Program-made: the position numbers and the translations under genes
Source of the DNA: Marsupella aquatica
Taxonomy: Eukaryota > Plantae > Marchantiophyta
DNA length: 64,000 bases
Assembly (NCBI GenBank): GCA_973895155.1
Contig: OZ316891.1
Coordinates: forward strand, 31,937,112 to 32,001,111
Direction of reading: 5' to 3'
Notes under the pieces: generated by a model
Seen by the model: the letters and a program-made list of their open reading frames with translations, nothing else
Told to the model about the DNA's origin: nothing
Databases searched by the model: none
Part shown: one piece after another, positions 13,200 through 26,803 of the stretch
Layout of the letters: the number at the start of each line of letters is the position of its first letter
Position numbering within the stretch: position 1 is the stretch's first letter

Positions 13200-15563
13200 A
13201 TGGGCAGAAACAAAAAGGAAACGGTTGCTCGGAATAAGAAGATGAGAGAAGAACCACCACCATCATGTAGAATCATCCACGCCAGCGTACCTCATGCAGA
13301 GGAAACCATCGATCGGTTGTGAGAAAATTTAACCACAATGGGCCTTGTGAATTTGATTCGTGTGCCGTGGGGGATGAAGTTGAGCGCTATTGTGGAGGAT
13401 GTGTGGATGCGAGGCATGCGAAGAGAATCCAAAGATACAACAATTCGTGGAAACCCTGATCAGTGGACTGAGAAGCTCATTGCCGAGGTCTATGATTTGA
13501 AGTCGAAAGGAGAAGGTATGTTGAGATGCATTGATTTGACTGGACCTTACTTTGCAGGAAAGAAAAATGTACGTATCGGCTGGAATCTGGAACAATGTGC
13601 TGATAAATTGAACCTCCTACCTTTGCTGGAATTTCTGGTTCCTATTTTAAATCCGGAACGTCATAATAGAGCACCCGTAGCTCTGACCAGCACCATCATC
13701 GCTTCTTGGAAGGGACAGAAGGTGATCAACTGGGCGAATGTGCTCTGCTCCGTGATCAAGACGTAGATTTTGTCAATGAGGTCTGGTTCCTTCACTTGGA
13801 TTGTTGTTTACCTTTCCCATGTGTATGCGCACAAGAAATGTTTGACAGCACCCGAGTTGATTGAGTGGAAGCTTCATCTTGCCTACCTGGAGAATGGAGA
13901 GAGGGATCCCGATGCGGATACCACGCCCGAATCGGAAGGCGAATCAAGCGAAGACGAGCCCGGTGAATCGAAGGACGAGGCGAAAGTCGAGGTGAACCAG
14001 GAAAATCCCCGATGGGCCGTCTTTCTAAAGGAAAGTGAAGCGCTGTCTAAAATCTCTACGACCCAGTCAAAAATTCTGTCTGAATTAACTAGCTTAATCG
14101 GCTGTCCACCGGATCAATTGCTCAGCAAGTTTCAGGACTTTTCTTTCTTTTCCATCGAAGAGTTTACCAAGATAGATAAGGACAGATCGGAAGCTCTGAT
14201 ACGTGTGGAAACTCTGACTGCCGAGAAATTCAATCTCCAAGAGAAATTCCAGATTCGTGTGGAAGCTCTGTCCGCGGAGAACCTCGATCTCCAAGAGAAA
14301 ATACGGTGTGCTACTGCCAGGAGTTCTGATGTTTCTTTTACTCTAGATCGGGCTCTAGATAAGCTGCGACCTCTGTTGGATGTTCCGGCGATTGACCTGA
14401 TGAAAGCAAAGTTGTTTGATGAAGCACTCATGCAGCTCGATCACAATGTAGCGGATAGAGTACTTAGATGCGCTACCAGCTTTGCATCTACAGTTCAGGT
14501 TTATTATGATGCCATGAGTGACCTGCACAAGGACTTGATGCGTACAGATCCGGGAGAAGATCTAGGTAAGAAGCGGAAGTTGGATTTTCTTTTTGCTGCT
14601 TTGATTGATGCTACTTCATCCCAATCTCAATACGAGTCTACGGCAAAAATATCTGCATGCCCACCTTCCGTACCATCACCTACTACCTCTGTCTATGCGT
14701 CCCTAGCACCTGCTGCTGAGCTTTCGAAGCTTCCGGCCGCGAGTGTGTCATTGAAGAAGGAAGAGGAGGATGAGAATTTTAGGCGGAAGTTCACTTTGTT
14801 CAGGCAAGAAGCTTCCCGATTTGAGATGCCGATCTTGGAGTTTTGGCGCTACTATTACCATCGTGTTTTAGAGATTTCTGTGTTGCTCAACATTGTTCCC
14901 GGTGGTTCGGTCACCCTCGAGCATTGCGATCTGGAGAGATACTGGACATTATGTAAACAATATCGACCTCTACTCACTTTTATGTTGCTGTACGGTGATC
15001 TGTCCGTGGTAAAGGTTGAGGCTGCCTTTGCCTACTTTGGCAACTTGCCTTTGTACTCGCTGCAATTCATTGTTGAATTCTTGGAGCAGACCAATGCCCA
15101 GGCTACTGTCGTCATTCCTACTGGCCCTGTGCATTCGGTTTCACCTCAGCTGTCTGCTACGGAGAAGCATACCATATGGGGTACTATTGCTGCTCAACGC
15201 AGGCTAGCACACTGCGAGCACTACAGGAACACTATGGAGTACCTTAGCCCTTTTGTCGAGACTTGGAAGGACAAACATAAATTTTGCACAGCTTACCCCT
15301 CTTATCATTATCATTCCTGTTCACGCATTGATTTGATCCGAATCTGGATGGAAGCTGCTCGAGTACATCGGATGTTCACAGAAAATGAGTTGCCAGATCT
15401 GAACTGCAACAGGCAGATTTGTTCCTTACCGTTTGCTGCTCACTATCCTGCCATCCGTGGCTTGGTGGAGAAATGCCTGGTCGAAAACTCGTTCGCTTCC
15501 CCTCCGTTCGATACCTTTGAGTCAGGCACCGCTGTTGTTGGATTCGATGCTGATGCGGTGTAG
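13200..15563 (+). pseudogene. About 787-codon retroelement-associated ORF: plant-mobile-domain-like N-terminus, acidic tract, coiled coil and an unknown C-terminal domain
   Basis: One reading frame from ATG 13200, broken only by TGA at 13320 and TAG at 13764. The motifs IRGNPDQWT, LEFLVPILNP, VINWA and YLSHVY resemble bryophyte TE-associated hypothetical proteins as I recall them. Confidence 0.8.
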
Positions 15564-17399
15564 TTCCATGGCAATCTTCATGCTCTGGCTTTTACTCGAA
15601 TTCAACATTTTTTTGCATCCAGACATATTTTCATGTAGTTTTATATGACTATACTGTACTTATGTAGTTCATTCCTCATAGTTACGAGAATTTAGTTTTC
15701 CTCGGTGTGTCCTTCTGGATCACGCTTTCCTCACATACTCCTTGTGGGACGTCAGAGTGCTATACCAGTGAGTCCTACACTTTTGTAATTGTGCAACTTC
15801 TCGACCATGTAGGTCACTTCTTTTTGTAGAATGATGTATGTACTCGCAAGATCAGGCGATTTTCCCGTTGCCTCTATGATTCGAATATGGTTTGGAAATA
15901 AAAACCTCAGTCTTTGTTTTCATTTGCCATACATTAATGAGATGTTATTTTGCACGTTGGTTATGACTAGACGAATATATTATGATGTCTAGAGTGCAGT
16001 GCATGTGTGATGGGTATGAATAGTGTGTCAGTGATGAGGATGAGGGTTTCCAATTTACTTGTACGAGTAATGTGTTCTGTAGATCCTTTGGGGTCAAGTG
16101 ATTATTGACGGGTAACCTCTACAGCCGGTTCCCATCTGGAATCAAAAAGAGTAATGAGTGGCACTAGAGGCGTCGGAACCCCACTCTTTGGGGATTGTGT
16201 GTGTAAATTCTGCTGGGACCAAAAAAGACTATATGTGTAGCTAGAGGGGGGTGGCCTCTGAACCCCACTTTTGGGGATGATGTGTGTTCAAAAGCTTGGG
16301 GTGAGTTTCGAACCCGGCATCTGAGGTGGCCGACATTCTTTCCCTCTACCAGTAGCCCAGGGACTGCAGGATCAGGGTTTTTAGACTCTTTGAACCTCTT
16401 AGGTTCTCCGCCAAGGTTGTCAAGGTGATCTTTCATTTTTAGGGGCTTTAGGCTGCTGCCACGTTAGCCTTTGTGGCCTTGATTATATCTCATTAAAACT
16501 AGATTGTATTTATACATACGGTCTTTAAGATTTTTTCCTCGGGGTTTGCCCTGTGCAAGTTACAACTTCAGATCTTAACACGGTCGTGATGCATTAGGTC
16601 TTGCTAAAGTCTGTTTAATCAATGTTTCGTTCCTTAACAAACAGCTAAAGACCTGGGTACATTGTGACACCAACAACCATGCACCCAAATGACACTCCGC
16701 AATCATAAAATGACAACAGAGTGACACATTTGGAATACCAACACTTTCACGACAATCACACGACCAAGGGCACGACCACGGGCACGGCCAATGGACCCCA
16801 CCCAATTGGTTCTCCCATTTCCTTGACATTACTTGGAATTATATTTTCTACCCCAAAGCTCATAGTGTCTCTTGCTCATAAGATAATGATTTTTCTTTGC
16901 ATACACTTCTATTTGCTTTTGCCCAAGTTCAATTTTGTGTCTCTTCTCTAGCTCTGAGAGTATTTTCTGTCTTGCCTCAACACCATTACACCTTGGCCTG
17001 GGCCTGGCCTCTCACCCCAACTCCAACCGCAAGTATTCTTGCATTGGACTCCCCTTTTTTGTGGGGTCCAAGCTCTCCTCTCCCTCCCTTTGCCCCATGG
17101 AATGACAATCTATCTTTTGACTCTTTGTTCCGCTTGCAACAGCCTTCCTGATAACTACAAGTGGAGGGGGAGAGGAGGAAATGGAAGAGGTGGAGCAAGA
17201 ATGAGGTAGAACAGGGAAGGGAGGAGGGCTATAATAATTGAAAAAATAGACATAAATTAAGTGAAAATCCCCTTTCCCATCCACTGAAAGGTTTCTTGCT
17301 CCTTATTTGGATTTCAAACTTCAATTTTATTTTCGAATTCCTTGAAGTTTCTCATTCCTGACCTCCCCTGCTGACCTCACATCCCAATCACAAACCATG

Positions 17400-17485
17400 T
17401 TTGCCTCACCTCAACATCTTGCCCTCACCTCAAAATCTTGCCCTCACTCGAAATGTTTCGTGCAACGCGCGGGCATGGGGCTTGT
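17400..17485 (+). mobile_element. Helitron-like 3' terminus
   Basis: CGTGCAACGCGCGGGCATGGGGCTTGT (hairpin plus decayed CTAGT), preceded by cctcaacatctt repeats of the 8.2-kb satellite family. Confidence 0.45.
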
Positions 17486-17831
17486 ATCCCATAAAGGGAT
17501 ACCCCTGGTCCTTAACTTTATACGTCCCGTAGAGGGTGGAGGGTGTATAGACTGTATGAGCACGGTGCATTTATTTTGACAGGGACATCCAATCCAGATT
17601 CCAGCCCGGACTACAAGCTTAGTCGTGCTAATAATGTAGAACAGTCATAGTTATTGTGCCGATTCCGGCTGTGTTGCTATCATTGTACAGTTGGATGTCC
17701 CTTTACTGGCACTACACGTGTCAGTAGTTAAAAATACCGCAAACAGGATCCAGCCGTCCAAGGCTACGATCTACAGCAGTAGTAGTGGCAAATCCTCCAG
17801 GCTGGCCACTTGGGGCATCACTTGACTTATT

Positions 17832-18373
17832 CAGGGAGACGCTTCCCTCATTCCCTGCTTTGTCTTTCAAATATGCACCTCAATTTATTTATGGCTACCA
17901 TTCCAAGGAAATATGCACCTCGATTTTCCCCCGCATCCCACCGGAATGCTCTCCCCATTTCAGTTCCAGGCCAGCCCCGTTTTTGGGTTCCGGTTCAGTT
18001 TTGAGGAGGGCACAGATTTTGTTAGTACATTCCAATGCTCGACTGTTCTAACCTATTCAAAAATAATGTAAAACTAGCTATTTTAAATAATTCTAAAATT
18101 TTAAAAGTCAATGAGCATTGAGAATTGATGCCATAAGTAGTGTTTGACCTAGTGGTATTGGAGCTCAGTTGAGACTACAAGGTGGTGTGTTCAAGGCACA
18201 TAACGTGCATGGAAAGGTCTAATTGTACTTGAAAATGGAAATGGTAAAATGAGATATATATGGGGAGTTCAAGTAATGTGGAGATAGAAAAAATGGGGGA
18301 GAGCATTCCGGTGGGATGTGGGGGACAATCGAGGTGCATAATTGAATGACAAAGCAGGGAAAGTGTCGCCCTG
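17832..18373. mobile_element. Non-autonomous TIR element with long inverted ends (CAGGG...CCCTG)
   Basis: 17832-17960 is the reverse complement of 18290-18373. A related end occurs at 44299. No TSD seen. Confidence 0.6.
17882..17908 (+). mobile_element. 27-nt L1 3'-tail insertion with a 13-bp TSD
   Basis: AATTTATTTATGGCTACCATTCCAAGG matches the 3' end of the LINE at about 58852-58884 (minus strand). It is flanked by AAATATGCACCTC twice and is absent from the opposite TIR. Confidence 0.7.
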
Positions 18374-18835
18374 CATCTTTTGACTGGGGGTGAGTGAAAT
18401 AGTGCGGGTGAAAATAGGGGGGAGGAGCCGGAAGCCTAAGGCAGAAGCGCCTCCAAGGCATGGTCCGATTGCGTTTAGTTTGGCGGCTGTCCGGGCAGAA
18501 TTGCAAAGGGCCAAAGCCACCATAGCCGATCATGAGGCTCGAGCGGAAGGGCTACTGGTTAACCTTGAGAAAGTGTCTGGCCTTGTTGCAGTGCTGAAGG
18601 AAAGTGTGGGACCGGGGCCGCTGTACAGTGCCCGTAAATTGGGTGTTTAGGGTAATCTCTGCGAGTCCGATAACAAGTTCTCCGAGGATTGAACATATGC
18701 TGTAGGGTTTAGGGTTTAGGTGAACCTGAACTTGACGACAGATAGACTATAGACGTCAGAGTATGTGTCTCCTAGACGCCAGCCACGGGGCTTAGCACTG
18801 TATTTAGTTCACAGAAGCACATGTTTGCTCTACAC

Positions 18836-18960
18836 TATTGTCGTGTGAGTGGCTGCCCCTTGGGCACACATCCATCAGGATTTGTTTTGGCACATTTTTA
18901 CTCTTCGGACAGTTTTCAGAACTGATGTGATTCACACACCCTAAACAGAACGAAAGCGGA
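18836..18960 (+). repeat. Dispersed repeat of about 130 bp, with copies at 19780-19900 and 31230-31345
   Basis: Shared TCGTGTGAG..GCTGCCC...ACTGATGTGATT.ACACACC.TAAAC..AA.GAAAGC. Confidence 0.75.
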
Positions 18961-18996
18961 GAGCAAGTTTTCAAATTCCATCTGTTTGTAACGGCC

Positions 18997-19335
18997 GAGT
19001 AAAGTTACATCATCAGTTATCAGTGTTTTCCATTAGTCAACCTGATATCAGTCGCCACGTCATCTTAGAGAGGCCGCCAAGTTGGGGCGCCGAAAAAAAA
19101 TGCGAAAAAAAAAACTTTTGCGCATCTCAGCTGCCCCAGCTGAGATCCTTATGCTGATCTCCGCGAGGTCAGCTGAGATTGACTCAATCTCAGCTGCCCC
19201 AGCTGAGATCCTTACGCCGATCTCGGCGAGGTCAGCTGAGATGCGCGAAAGTGCGAAGGCCCTATCTCAGCTGCTCAGCTGAGATTCAGAAATTTCAAGG
19301 CGACCAAACTGATAACTGATGATCCTCGCTACCCC
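18997..19335. mobile_element. Mutator-like MITE, 339 bp
   Basis: Perfect 9-bp TSD GTAACGGCC, G-initiated imperfect TIRs containing ATCATCAGTTATCAGT, and internal CTCAGCTG...CAGCTGAG palindromic repeats. Confidence 0.85.
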
Positions 19336-20649
19336 GTAACGGCCCACAATTTCAGGTTATGGGTCAGGTTATTGGCCAGTCAAGTATTTGCACTATTTAT
19401 CCTTGCGGTATGGCATGCTCGGAAGTTTCATGTTTGGAGTTAGGTGTTCCAGTTTAGGATCTGCCCAAACAATCTGTGAGCTACGTCCCCAATGACTGTC
19501 ATGCCCAAATTATGACATAATTCATGAACAGAGTTCATCGCATCACGAATGCAATGTACCCCAAAGAAACTAAACGACGTCACGCGGACTATCAGTTTGG
19601 TGTAATCTGATTTTTGTAGGACACATTGATCCGAATGCATATTCTCCCACAATGTTCAAATTCACCGTGTCGGAAAGTGTGGTGCACAACTGTAGTTGTA
19701 TAGCGACACGAAATGAACTAGTGGCACAGATTGTCATTTTTTCGTGTTATTTGTGTTTTGTCCTGTTCTCTCTAAACTACTGTCGTGTGAGTGGCTGCCC
19801 TTCGGCGTGCATCCACCAGGGTTGTTCCCTGACGTATTTTCTACTTTTGGGACACTTTTCAAAACTGATGTGATTTACACACCCTAAACTGAATGAAAGC
19901 GTCTCATCAAAATAATTATTGCGGAAGAAGGTCTGCTTGACAAGCCATTTTCGGCGGAATTTTTTTTGGCGGAGCTGGACGGTTGATTGTTTTTCCCTGT
20001 TTTCAGGAATAGTGCTCTTTGTTGGTATTTTACTGCAGTTCCTGTGTTCGGTGTTGCGGATGTTTAAGTTTCCGTTCGAATTTTTGAAATTGGTCGGGCT
20101 TATGGGGGGGATCATACCCCAAACCCTACACCCTTTTGACTCTTGTTGACAGCTTTGGCTCTTGAGCGTATGGTCTGTGTATTATTTGAATTCATGGGCA
20201 GAAGTAGGGCTTCACTATGATGGGAGTTGTAGTTTGAAGGTCTGGGGGTTCGGAGGGTTGTGTTCATCATCTGATGAAGTGATGGAGTTGGGATAGCGTG
20301 ATGGATATGAGAAGATTTAAACCACGGGAGTCAGACGGATGGAGACAACAACAACAAGATCGTGATCACAAGCCTTCTCCCTAAACTCCAATTTCAGTGA
20401 GTCGAATCGGGAAGACGTTAATTGTCATACATCAAGGGTGGATAGGCGAGGTGAAGGAACGTTGGAATGGGGGAATGGGAGCAAACGGTTGGAGACAACC
20501 TCTACCACTCCGTTACATTCGGGAGTTTATTCAGGACTCCAAATTTATATAGCACCTGGGGTTTTTGAAGAGCTACAACAACCAGAATAAAGTGGTTCTA
20601 TGTTTTGAGGGTGTTGTGAATATCAGGAAAGGCGAGCGGAGGAGTGGAT

Positions 20650-21200
20650 TGACTGGACATTTTTGAACCGCCTGCGAATGCACTGTTTGTCGTAACTGTG
20701 ATTGACGAGAATTCAGTTAATACTGTTAAGGCTCTTATCGATCTTGTCTTCTCCTCTCATTATAGCCGAGCATAAAGTGCAACGTGCTAACCTGGCAAAC
20801 TTGAATGCAAAATCCCTGTTGATTGAGTATAGGCAGGTGGCTGTAAAGGCCTTCTCCCCTGATTTTGATTTGAAGAAGCTGATTGCATTCAAATACTTGG
20901 TTACATCTCAAATTGCTAAAGCAAATCAACTTCGTTTGTGCATTTTGGATTGGGTGTTTTGGAAGATTGGTAAAGTGACTCAAAGATTTCTGTGTAATGG
21001 GGTTTGATAAGCACCGGTTTATTGTGTTAGTGGAAACTAAACCGTGGTGTGGACATCAACCATTGCATTGTCTTTCCTCTTAGTGACACGATTGAGAAAG
21101 GTTATATCGAGTTCGATACTGTTGATAAGCAACCTCGGTGCTCACATTGCTTTTCACCAACGCACTCAGCCAGTGGATGCTTTGAAGGAGGAGATAGTGA
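20650..21200 (+). mobile_element. Decayed L1-type LINE ORF1 (DUF4283-like plus zinc knuckle)
   Basis: FSPDFDL...IGKV motif and a CX2CX4HX4C knuckle (CSHCFSPTHSASGC). Confidence 0.55.
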
Positions 21201-22379
21201 GAAGAAAAATCACTTGATATTGAATCAAGGGGCGAGGGACAATTCTTTACGAAAGATTCAGTGTCAGGAGAGGGATCCTCAGTACGGGTCATGTAATCGG
21301 ATTACAGTAACACTGGGGCAGACAGTAATCCACATGCACAGGATCATTCTGAGGCACAACCAGTGTGGAAGTCGTGGAAGTCTTCTTCTAGTCACCCCCT
21401 CCAGGTCCATTGACTCAATGACTGCTTTGAAATTGGTTATCTCCATCACAAGCTAATCGGACTATATTCACGAAAAGAAGGATCGCTCGGAGAATAAAGA
21501 GGAGGTAGTGAAGGGGAAAGCTGTGTCTGTATCTGACAATTCGGAGCTGGAAACACTGTTGGGGTCCCGGGAGAACTTTAGGGTGGAAAATCTGGACTCA
21601 CAATCATTATTGGGAGATGCTAGGGCTACTCCTGGTGATAACCAGAAGGGTAACTACCAATTTCTTCAATCTGGCTGAAGAAGAAGATCGTATTCAAACG
21701 GCGTATCTAAAAGATCAGGAGGTGGCTTTACAGAAGTGACAGGTGACGAAAATCAATCGATGAAACAAACAATTGGCTCCGACAAAAAATTTGAAGAAGA
21801 AAAGTAGCGATGATAAGGTCTGCTTCATACCTCTTGGCCTCTCATATCTCATACTACAGTAGATTCTCAAGGGAGTTTTTGATCGTATTGTGGTGGAGCC
21901 GTGGTCGTTTGCAGTGGGGTTCTTGGGTAATCTCAACAAGTTTAGATGAAGCTTCACATCGTTTCACACAATGTGCAGGGTGTATGCGTTATTTCTAAAG
22001 TTTGCTTAATATTCATCCATGCTTTCGTACCAGATTTGGAAGGAGGCAGACTTATTTTTCTGTCCTGCTACAGATGGTCATGGGAATGGGATAACTGCAC
22101 CACAGAATAAATAATCACCACTAATAGATCTGGATTCCTTATTCACATGTAATCTCAAGACCATTGAAGATCACAAAGGGAGAATACCGTTGAAACTGAA
22201 CAAAGGGAATTTCATATTCAAAAGTTTAAAACGGAAATACATGTCATCTTCCACGGACACAACCACGAACGGCAGCAGCTAATGTCGTCATCTTACCTAC
22301 AAACTATGGTTGGTGAAACAGATCCCTATACTGAAAAACACAGACACTTGTCGAAACGAGCTCAAAATCCATCTTTCAT

Positions 22380-23850
22380 CTAAAAAAATTCCCATGGACC
22401 TTGCGAATAATCGGCAGGGTGTGCCACAGTTAGTGGTTGAGGTGCACTACATCCCACTGTCACAATTTCCTCGTTGACCTTCCAAGCTTCACCAGGTTCA
22501 ATGTTAGGCTGCTTGTTTTTGTTGTAGACGCATCCAGGGGCAAGTACAGGCTGATCGGTAATGGGGGATGTCTGCTTCGACCGCTTGCGCTTCATCATAG
22601 CAGGGGCTTGAATGGCATGGTGTCGTGACCTGACAGGTGCACACCCACCAGTGGGTTCTTCATTCCTCCGTTGTTCCCTAGTTCCGTCAGTGGCTTTTGA
22701 TGTTGGGAAGTTGGTGTGGTGCGCTCGTATGCGCTCAGGGTCATTGGGTGGCAAGTAGGGCCTTTGAGCGTGGTCATACTCCTGCTCTTCGGGCCCATCA
22801 GAGTCGTCATGAATATCCATCTCGAGATGTCCCTGCACGAATGTATGTACAGGAAATCCATATGTCAGCAAATTAAGGCCTTCCGTAAGTCGTTGGGTTT
22901 CCGAAACATCAGGCTACAAATGAAATACTGGAAATGCTTGTAGACGGTACTTTCGCAACTGATTCATCATGGGTGAATGACAAAGCTCGATTTGCTTTGT
23001 ATACATCATCCCTAATCTGCTGTAGCCATGACACTTTGTGCTTTTGTTTCCATATTTCATAACTTGTTTTGGCAGCGGCCCTCTCCTCCATATGTTCATC
23101 AGAGTGCTCCCACTGCAACAGCCTTTGTTTGGCATCAATCCACAACAGCGCAAGCTGAGAGTGCTCCCTAAGACACTGTTTTGTGCCTTCGTCCATGTCC
23201 TCGAACCATTTCGATGTAATGAGGCCCAAAGCACCCAAATGGACCTTCAGGCCGAGGTCATTGAAATATGCTTGGCTGCACATTGGCTCGTCACTGCCAA
23301 TGTTTGACTCACGCCACCTCTGTACCCATTCACTGACAGTGTTACCCGTTGCGGCCTTTTGAATCAAAGCCCTTACTGTTCGACATTGCACCTCATCCAA
23401 CAAGCAATCCCAGGCAACCATGTTCATCTCTGGAATGACAGCGTGTTTCATCAGTTCTATCAAAGGAGGTGGACTGCCAAAGTCAGAGGGCGATGCCTTC
23501 ATGTTATGCATGAGCTTGGCATTTTCATTGAGGCTGGTCCTAACGGAGGTCTTCCGAATGTTCCAAATATCCTTCACTCGGGCAGTGAAAGGATAATAAT
23601 GCCAGAAATATGGATTCATTGTTACCAACTTATTGAAAGACTCTCCGGAAGATAGGATACAATTGACAGTCGAGTGAGGCAGCTACATTCGATTTGTCAT
23701 GAAGCAGTCGACAACAACAATGCAGACCCAGAGATACATCGAGACTCTTAATACCTCCTCAACACCTCACAGAGTACCTAAGCAACACAAATTCATCATC
23801 ATTATTCACAGCGTCCGCCTTTCCCCGTACCTTGGCGCGCATTCAACATG
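22380..23850 (-). pseudogene. Decayed gene of unknown function, possibly intron-containing
   Basis: ORFs 22909-23628 (239 aa) and 22380-22871, with a plausible GT..AG intron near 23780-23830. Confidence 0.4.
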
Positions 23851-24519
23851 GAGGACCTACTCATTAGTACACAAGTAGTACTCGCAAGGCAAGAGATCCC
23901 GATTCGCGATGAAAGGCAATCTCGAGGCTCATTATGAGCCTCGAGTACACACCTGCCTTTTACATATTTTTTCGAATGTTAATAGCGTGAATGATCCCCA
24001 CTTTTTGGGTGGGGTGAATGTTAAAATGCATTCTTTGATACAACCAATTCGAACCTGGGACCTCCTCATCCCTACCATTGAGTCTCTCCACAATTATACT
24101 CGAGATTGAGTTTCGTCCTTAATAGATCCCGGGGCCAAACACTCTGAAATATTCAGATGGACACAAACAAAAGTTTGGGAGGGAGAATGAAGTGCATTAT
24201 ATAGCATGTTCATCCTGGAACATGTTTTGTTTTTTCGTCTTGTATATATGTAATTCATTTAAATAGGGAGATGTAAATATATCTACAACTATAATAAGGG
24301 ATCCCACCTTTTTTCGTCCTTGGTCACCATACAAAAAAGCTTCTGGGCGGGAAATATCCACAGCCGTTGGATTTGATTACATGTTTTTGCTCACCATTGA
24401 TGAGAGAAATGTACACCCCTATCACATATTTGCTTCCCGCTGCCCCATAATGCCCCCGGCCAATCCCTATGGGCTTGTATGCACTTAAAATCACATTATG
24501 ACCAAGAAAGTACAAAGTA

Positions 24520-24730
24520 CTAAAGAGTTGAGTTGTGCACAAATTCATTTGAGAAAAAAGAGAATTCACTAAAGACTGATTGAAAAGGAAAGATAAAACC
24601 TTTATGAGGAGAGCCAAATACATTCAAAATACTCTAAGTTCACTAAAATTAAGTTAATGCAAATGATCTACCTTGTTAAGGCACATTAAAGTCAAAATAC
24701 TTGACACAAAATATGAATGAAACAAAATCT
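24520..24730. repeat. AT-rich dispersed repeat, paralog of the arms at 34640-35090 and 36300-36740
   Basis: Shared GCCAAATACATT.AAAA.ACTC.AAGTTCACTAAAAT. Confidence 0.7.
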
Positions 24731-25686
24731 GTAAAATTATAGCAGCTTCATAACAGTCTTGAATCCATCTAGAATGAAACTGCTATAATGGTGAATCCAT
24801 CTTCCAGTATTTTGTCTTCTTCAAACTTATTTTCTTCTGTATTTTAATTCAATGTGACTTACCAAGGTGCATCCCTTGTATACTTTAAATTTTGAATTTA
24901 ATCTGGCACCCCTGTAAATTTTTCATTATTAGATATACTTTTGATCATCCACCCCCTTTAACAACGCTCACGGAAGTTCTAGCCATTAGTCAAGAATAAA
25001 TGATCTAATTAAAGTGCACTCCTCATGTCTTTAAGTTCTACTCATGGGCTTGTGTCGTACATTTATGGTTTTAATTCATTTGAGTGTCATTTCCTAAGAT
25101 AAGTACATAAGTATCTTTACTGGTGTATAGTATGTGCAGACCCAATACCATAGACTTAAATTTTTCTTGTTCATTGTTACTTTTCTTTACATGTGTACCT
25201 TTATTCTTGTACCTTATGTGCCCAACTTTTCAATGTCACGCTTCCTAATCAATGTCCTATTTATATTTGCCACAAAAAATTAGATCACCTGTATTTCACT
25301 AAAAAACTTAACCCTAAACCCCTTTTTAGTGAAATACATATGTTAGAGGACAACATAACTTTTCATGTTCCAGGATGAGTATGCTATTGAAACTGAAATA
25401 CAACGAAACCGTGCAAGAAAACTGTCTGTCATCCCAAATGTCACATTCAAAGTTAATTTTCAAAGCACAAAATTCGCTGCGTTGTACGGTGGAGGACTGA
25501 AGACAAAGACCACGGTGGATGCTCTCAAGATTTCTGTAACGGTGCTCCGTACGGGGTTAATAAAGGCTAATCGCATTGATTAGCCTCGATGTTGCCTTTC
25601 GTTCTTAATTAATTGGTAGGCCACAGTCCAATGTGGTAGGCCACCGTCCTAAATTAGTTACCTAAATTAGACCCTGAGGTGAGCTA

Positions 25687-26365
25687 TGTTATAGGGTAGG
25701 CACATGTGAGGGAATGTGTAGCATGAGAGAATACACAATATTCTTGTTTGACTTGACCAAGGATCCAAGGGGATGCCACTCCATGTATTTTAAACCCTAA
25801 ACCCCTCACTACTCAATGTCATATACACCGGATTTCCATGTTCTTGGGCTCGTGGATTTTTAACATGGTATAAGAGCCTTGTTGCATTACTTCTGAATTG
25901 TGGGACTTCATATTAATTTCTTTTGAGGAGAGGATAGTTGGTCTAGAGAGAAGATTCCCCTCTAGAACTACTTTAATCAAATTTGAAGAAATTAAAATTG
26001 GACTCAATTCCCTACCAATTGATGAGAAAAGTTTTTGGGAGCAAGCTACGTCGGGCAGCAAGACATTTTTTTTGTTTGGGGGGGGGGGGCAGTTGAGACC
26101 AAATCTAAGCATGATTAGAGGGCATTTCAGATGGAGCAGAGTTTGTTCAATTTACTTTTTGGGAGAGAGGGTGCTTGATCTCAAATTTGGTTTTTTGGCA
26201 TTGTGAAGAATGTGACAAGGCAGATGCAACAGAGAGCGCGCGTTCTGAGTAGGTCATCTGCGGTGAGCAACAATACAAGTGTTCTATTGTGAATGCAGTG
26301 CTTCTTGCAGTGGTCAAGAAGATTTCTTGCGGTGGCAAGAAGATTATTGGATAGTGATCCAGTCA
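25687..26365 (+). mobile_element. Putative 5' LTR of the downstream copia element (left boundary uncertain)
   Basis: TG..CA ends, followed immediately by a PBS-like motif and gag. Confidence 0.4.
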
Positions 26366-26379
26366 AAGGTTTTGGTCCC
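26366..26379 (+). promoter_or_regulatory. Degenerate half-tRNA-iMet-type primer binding site
   Basis: GGTTTTGGTCCC against the GGTTATGGGCCC consensus used by some copia lineages; lies just upstream of the gag ATG. Confidence 0.45.
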
Positions 26380-26520
26380 TTTCTATTGAGCAGCAGCTCA
26401 ACATGACGTCAAACATGAAGATCCCAATGTTTGATGGCACATATTTCCAAGTGTGGAAAAGACAATTGACTTTGAGTTTGAAAGATGAGAAACTGAGGCA
26501 CTACCCCAAAGCCAAACAAC

Positions 26521-26803
26521 CTCGGGGGGTTAACTAAGTGTATATTTTGGGGTACCACGTGCGATCCTAGCCTAATATAGACCTATTTTATAAAGAAAAT
26601 ATTCCTAGAATATTCTCTATTTTTAATAGTAATGACCTATTTTACTTTATAAACTGTATATATTAACAAATATTCTATAAACATGAGTTTATAATACCTT
26701 CTTTTGCCTCCTACGCTTTTTAAAAATTTAGTTCAGTTCTATCCAAAATACCTATTTTGGATCGCACGTGGTTCCTAAGATTTTTTATAGTCAACCCCCC
26801 GGG
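26521..26803. mobile_element. MITE, 283 bp, inserted in copia gag
   Basis: Perfect 8-bp TSD CAAACAAC and imperfect TIRs of about 47 bp, C(C/T)CGGGGGGTT(A/G)ACTA...CCACGTGCGATCC. Confidence 0.9.

Noticed and set aside
12661-13266. 201-aa minus-strand ORF
   Set aside because: It has no recognisable motif and overlaps the start and leader of the plus-strand ORF, so it is probably spurious.
12126-16564. TGTAAC...GTTACA with ATTTT/ACTTC flanks read as a 4.4-kb solo LTR
   Set aside because: Similarity to 9155-9240 runs across 12126, and the segment reads as a Helitron-like 5' end on the minus strand, so the left boundary is probably coincidental. The TSD also has two mismatches.
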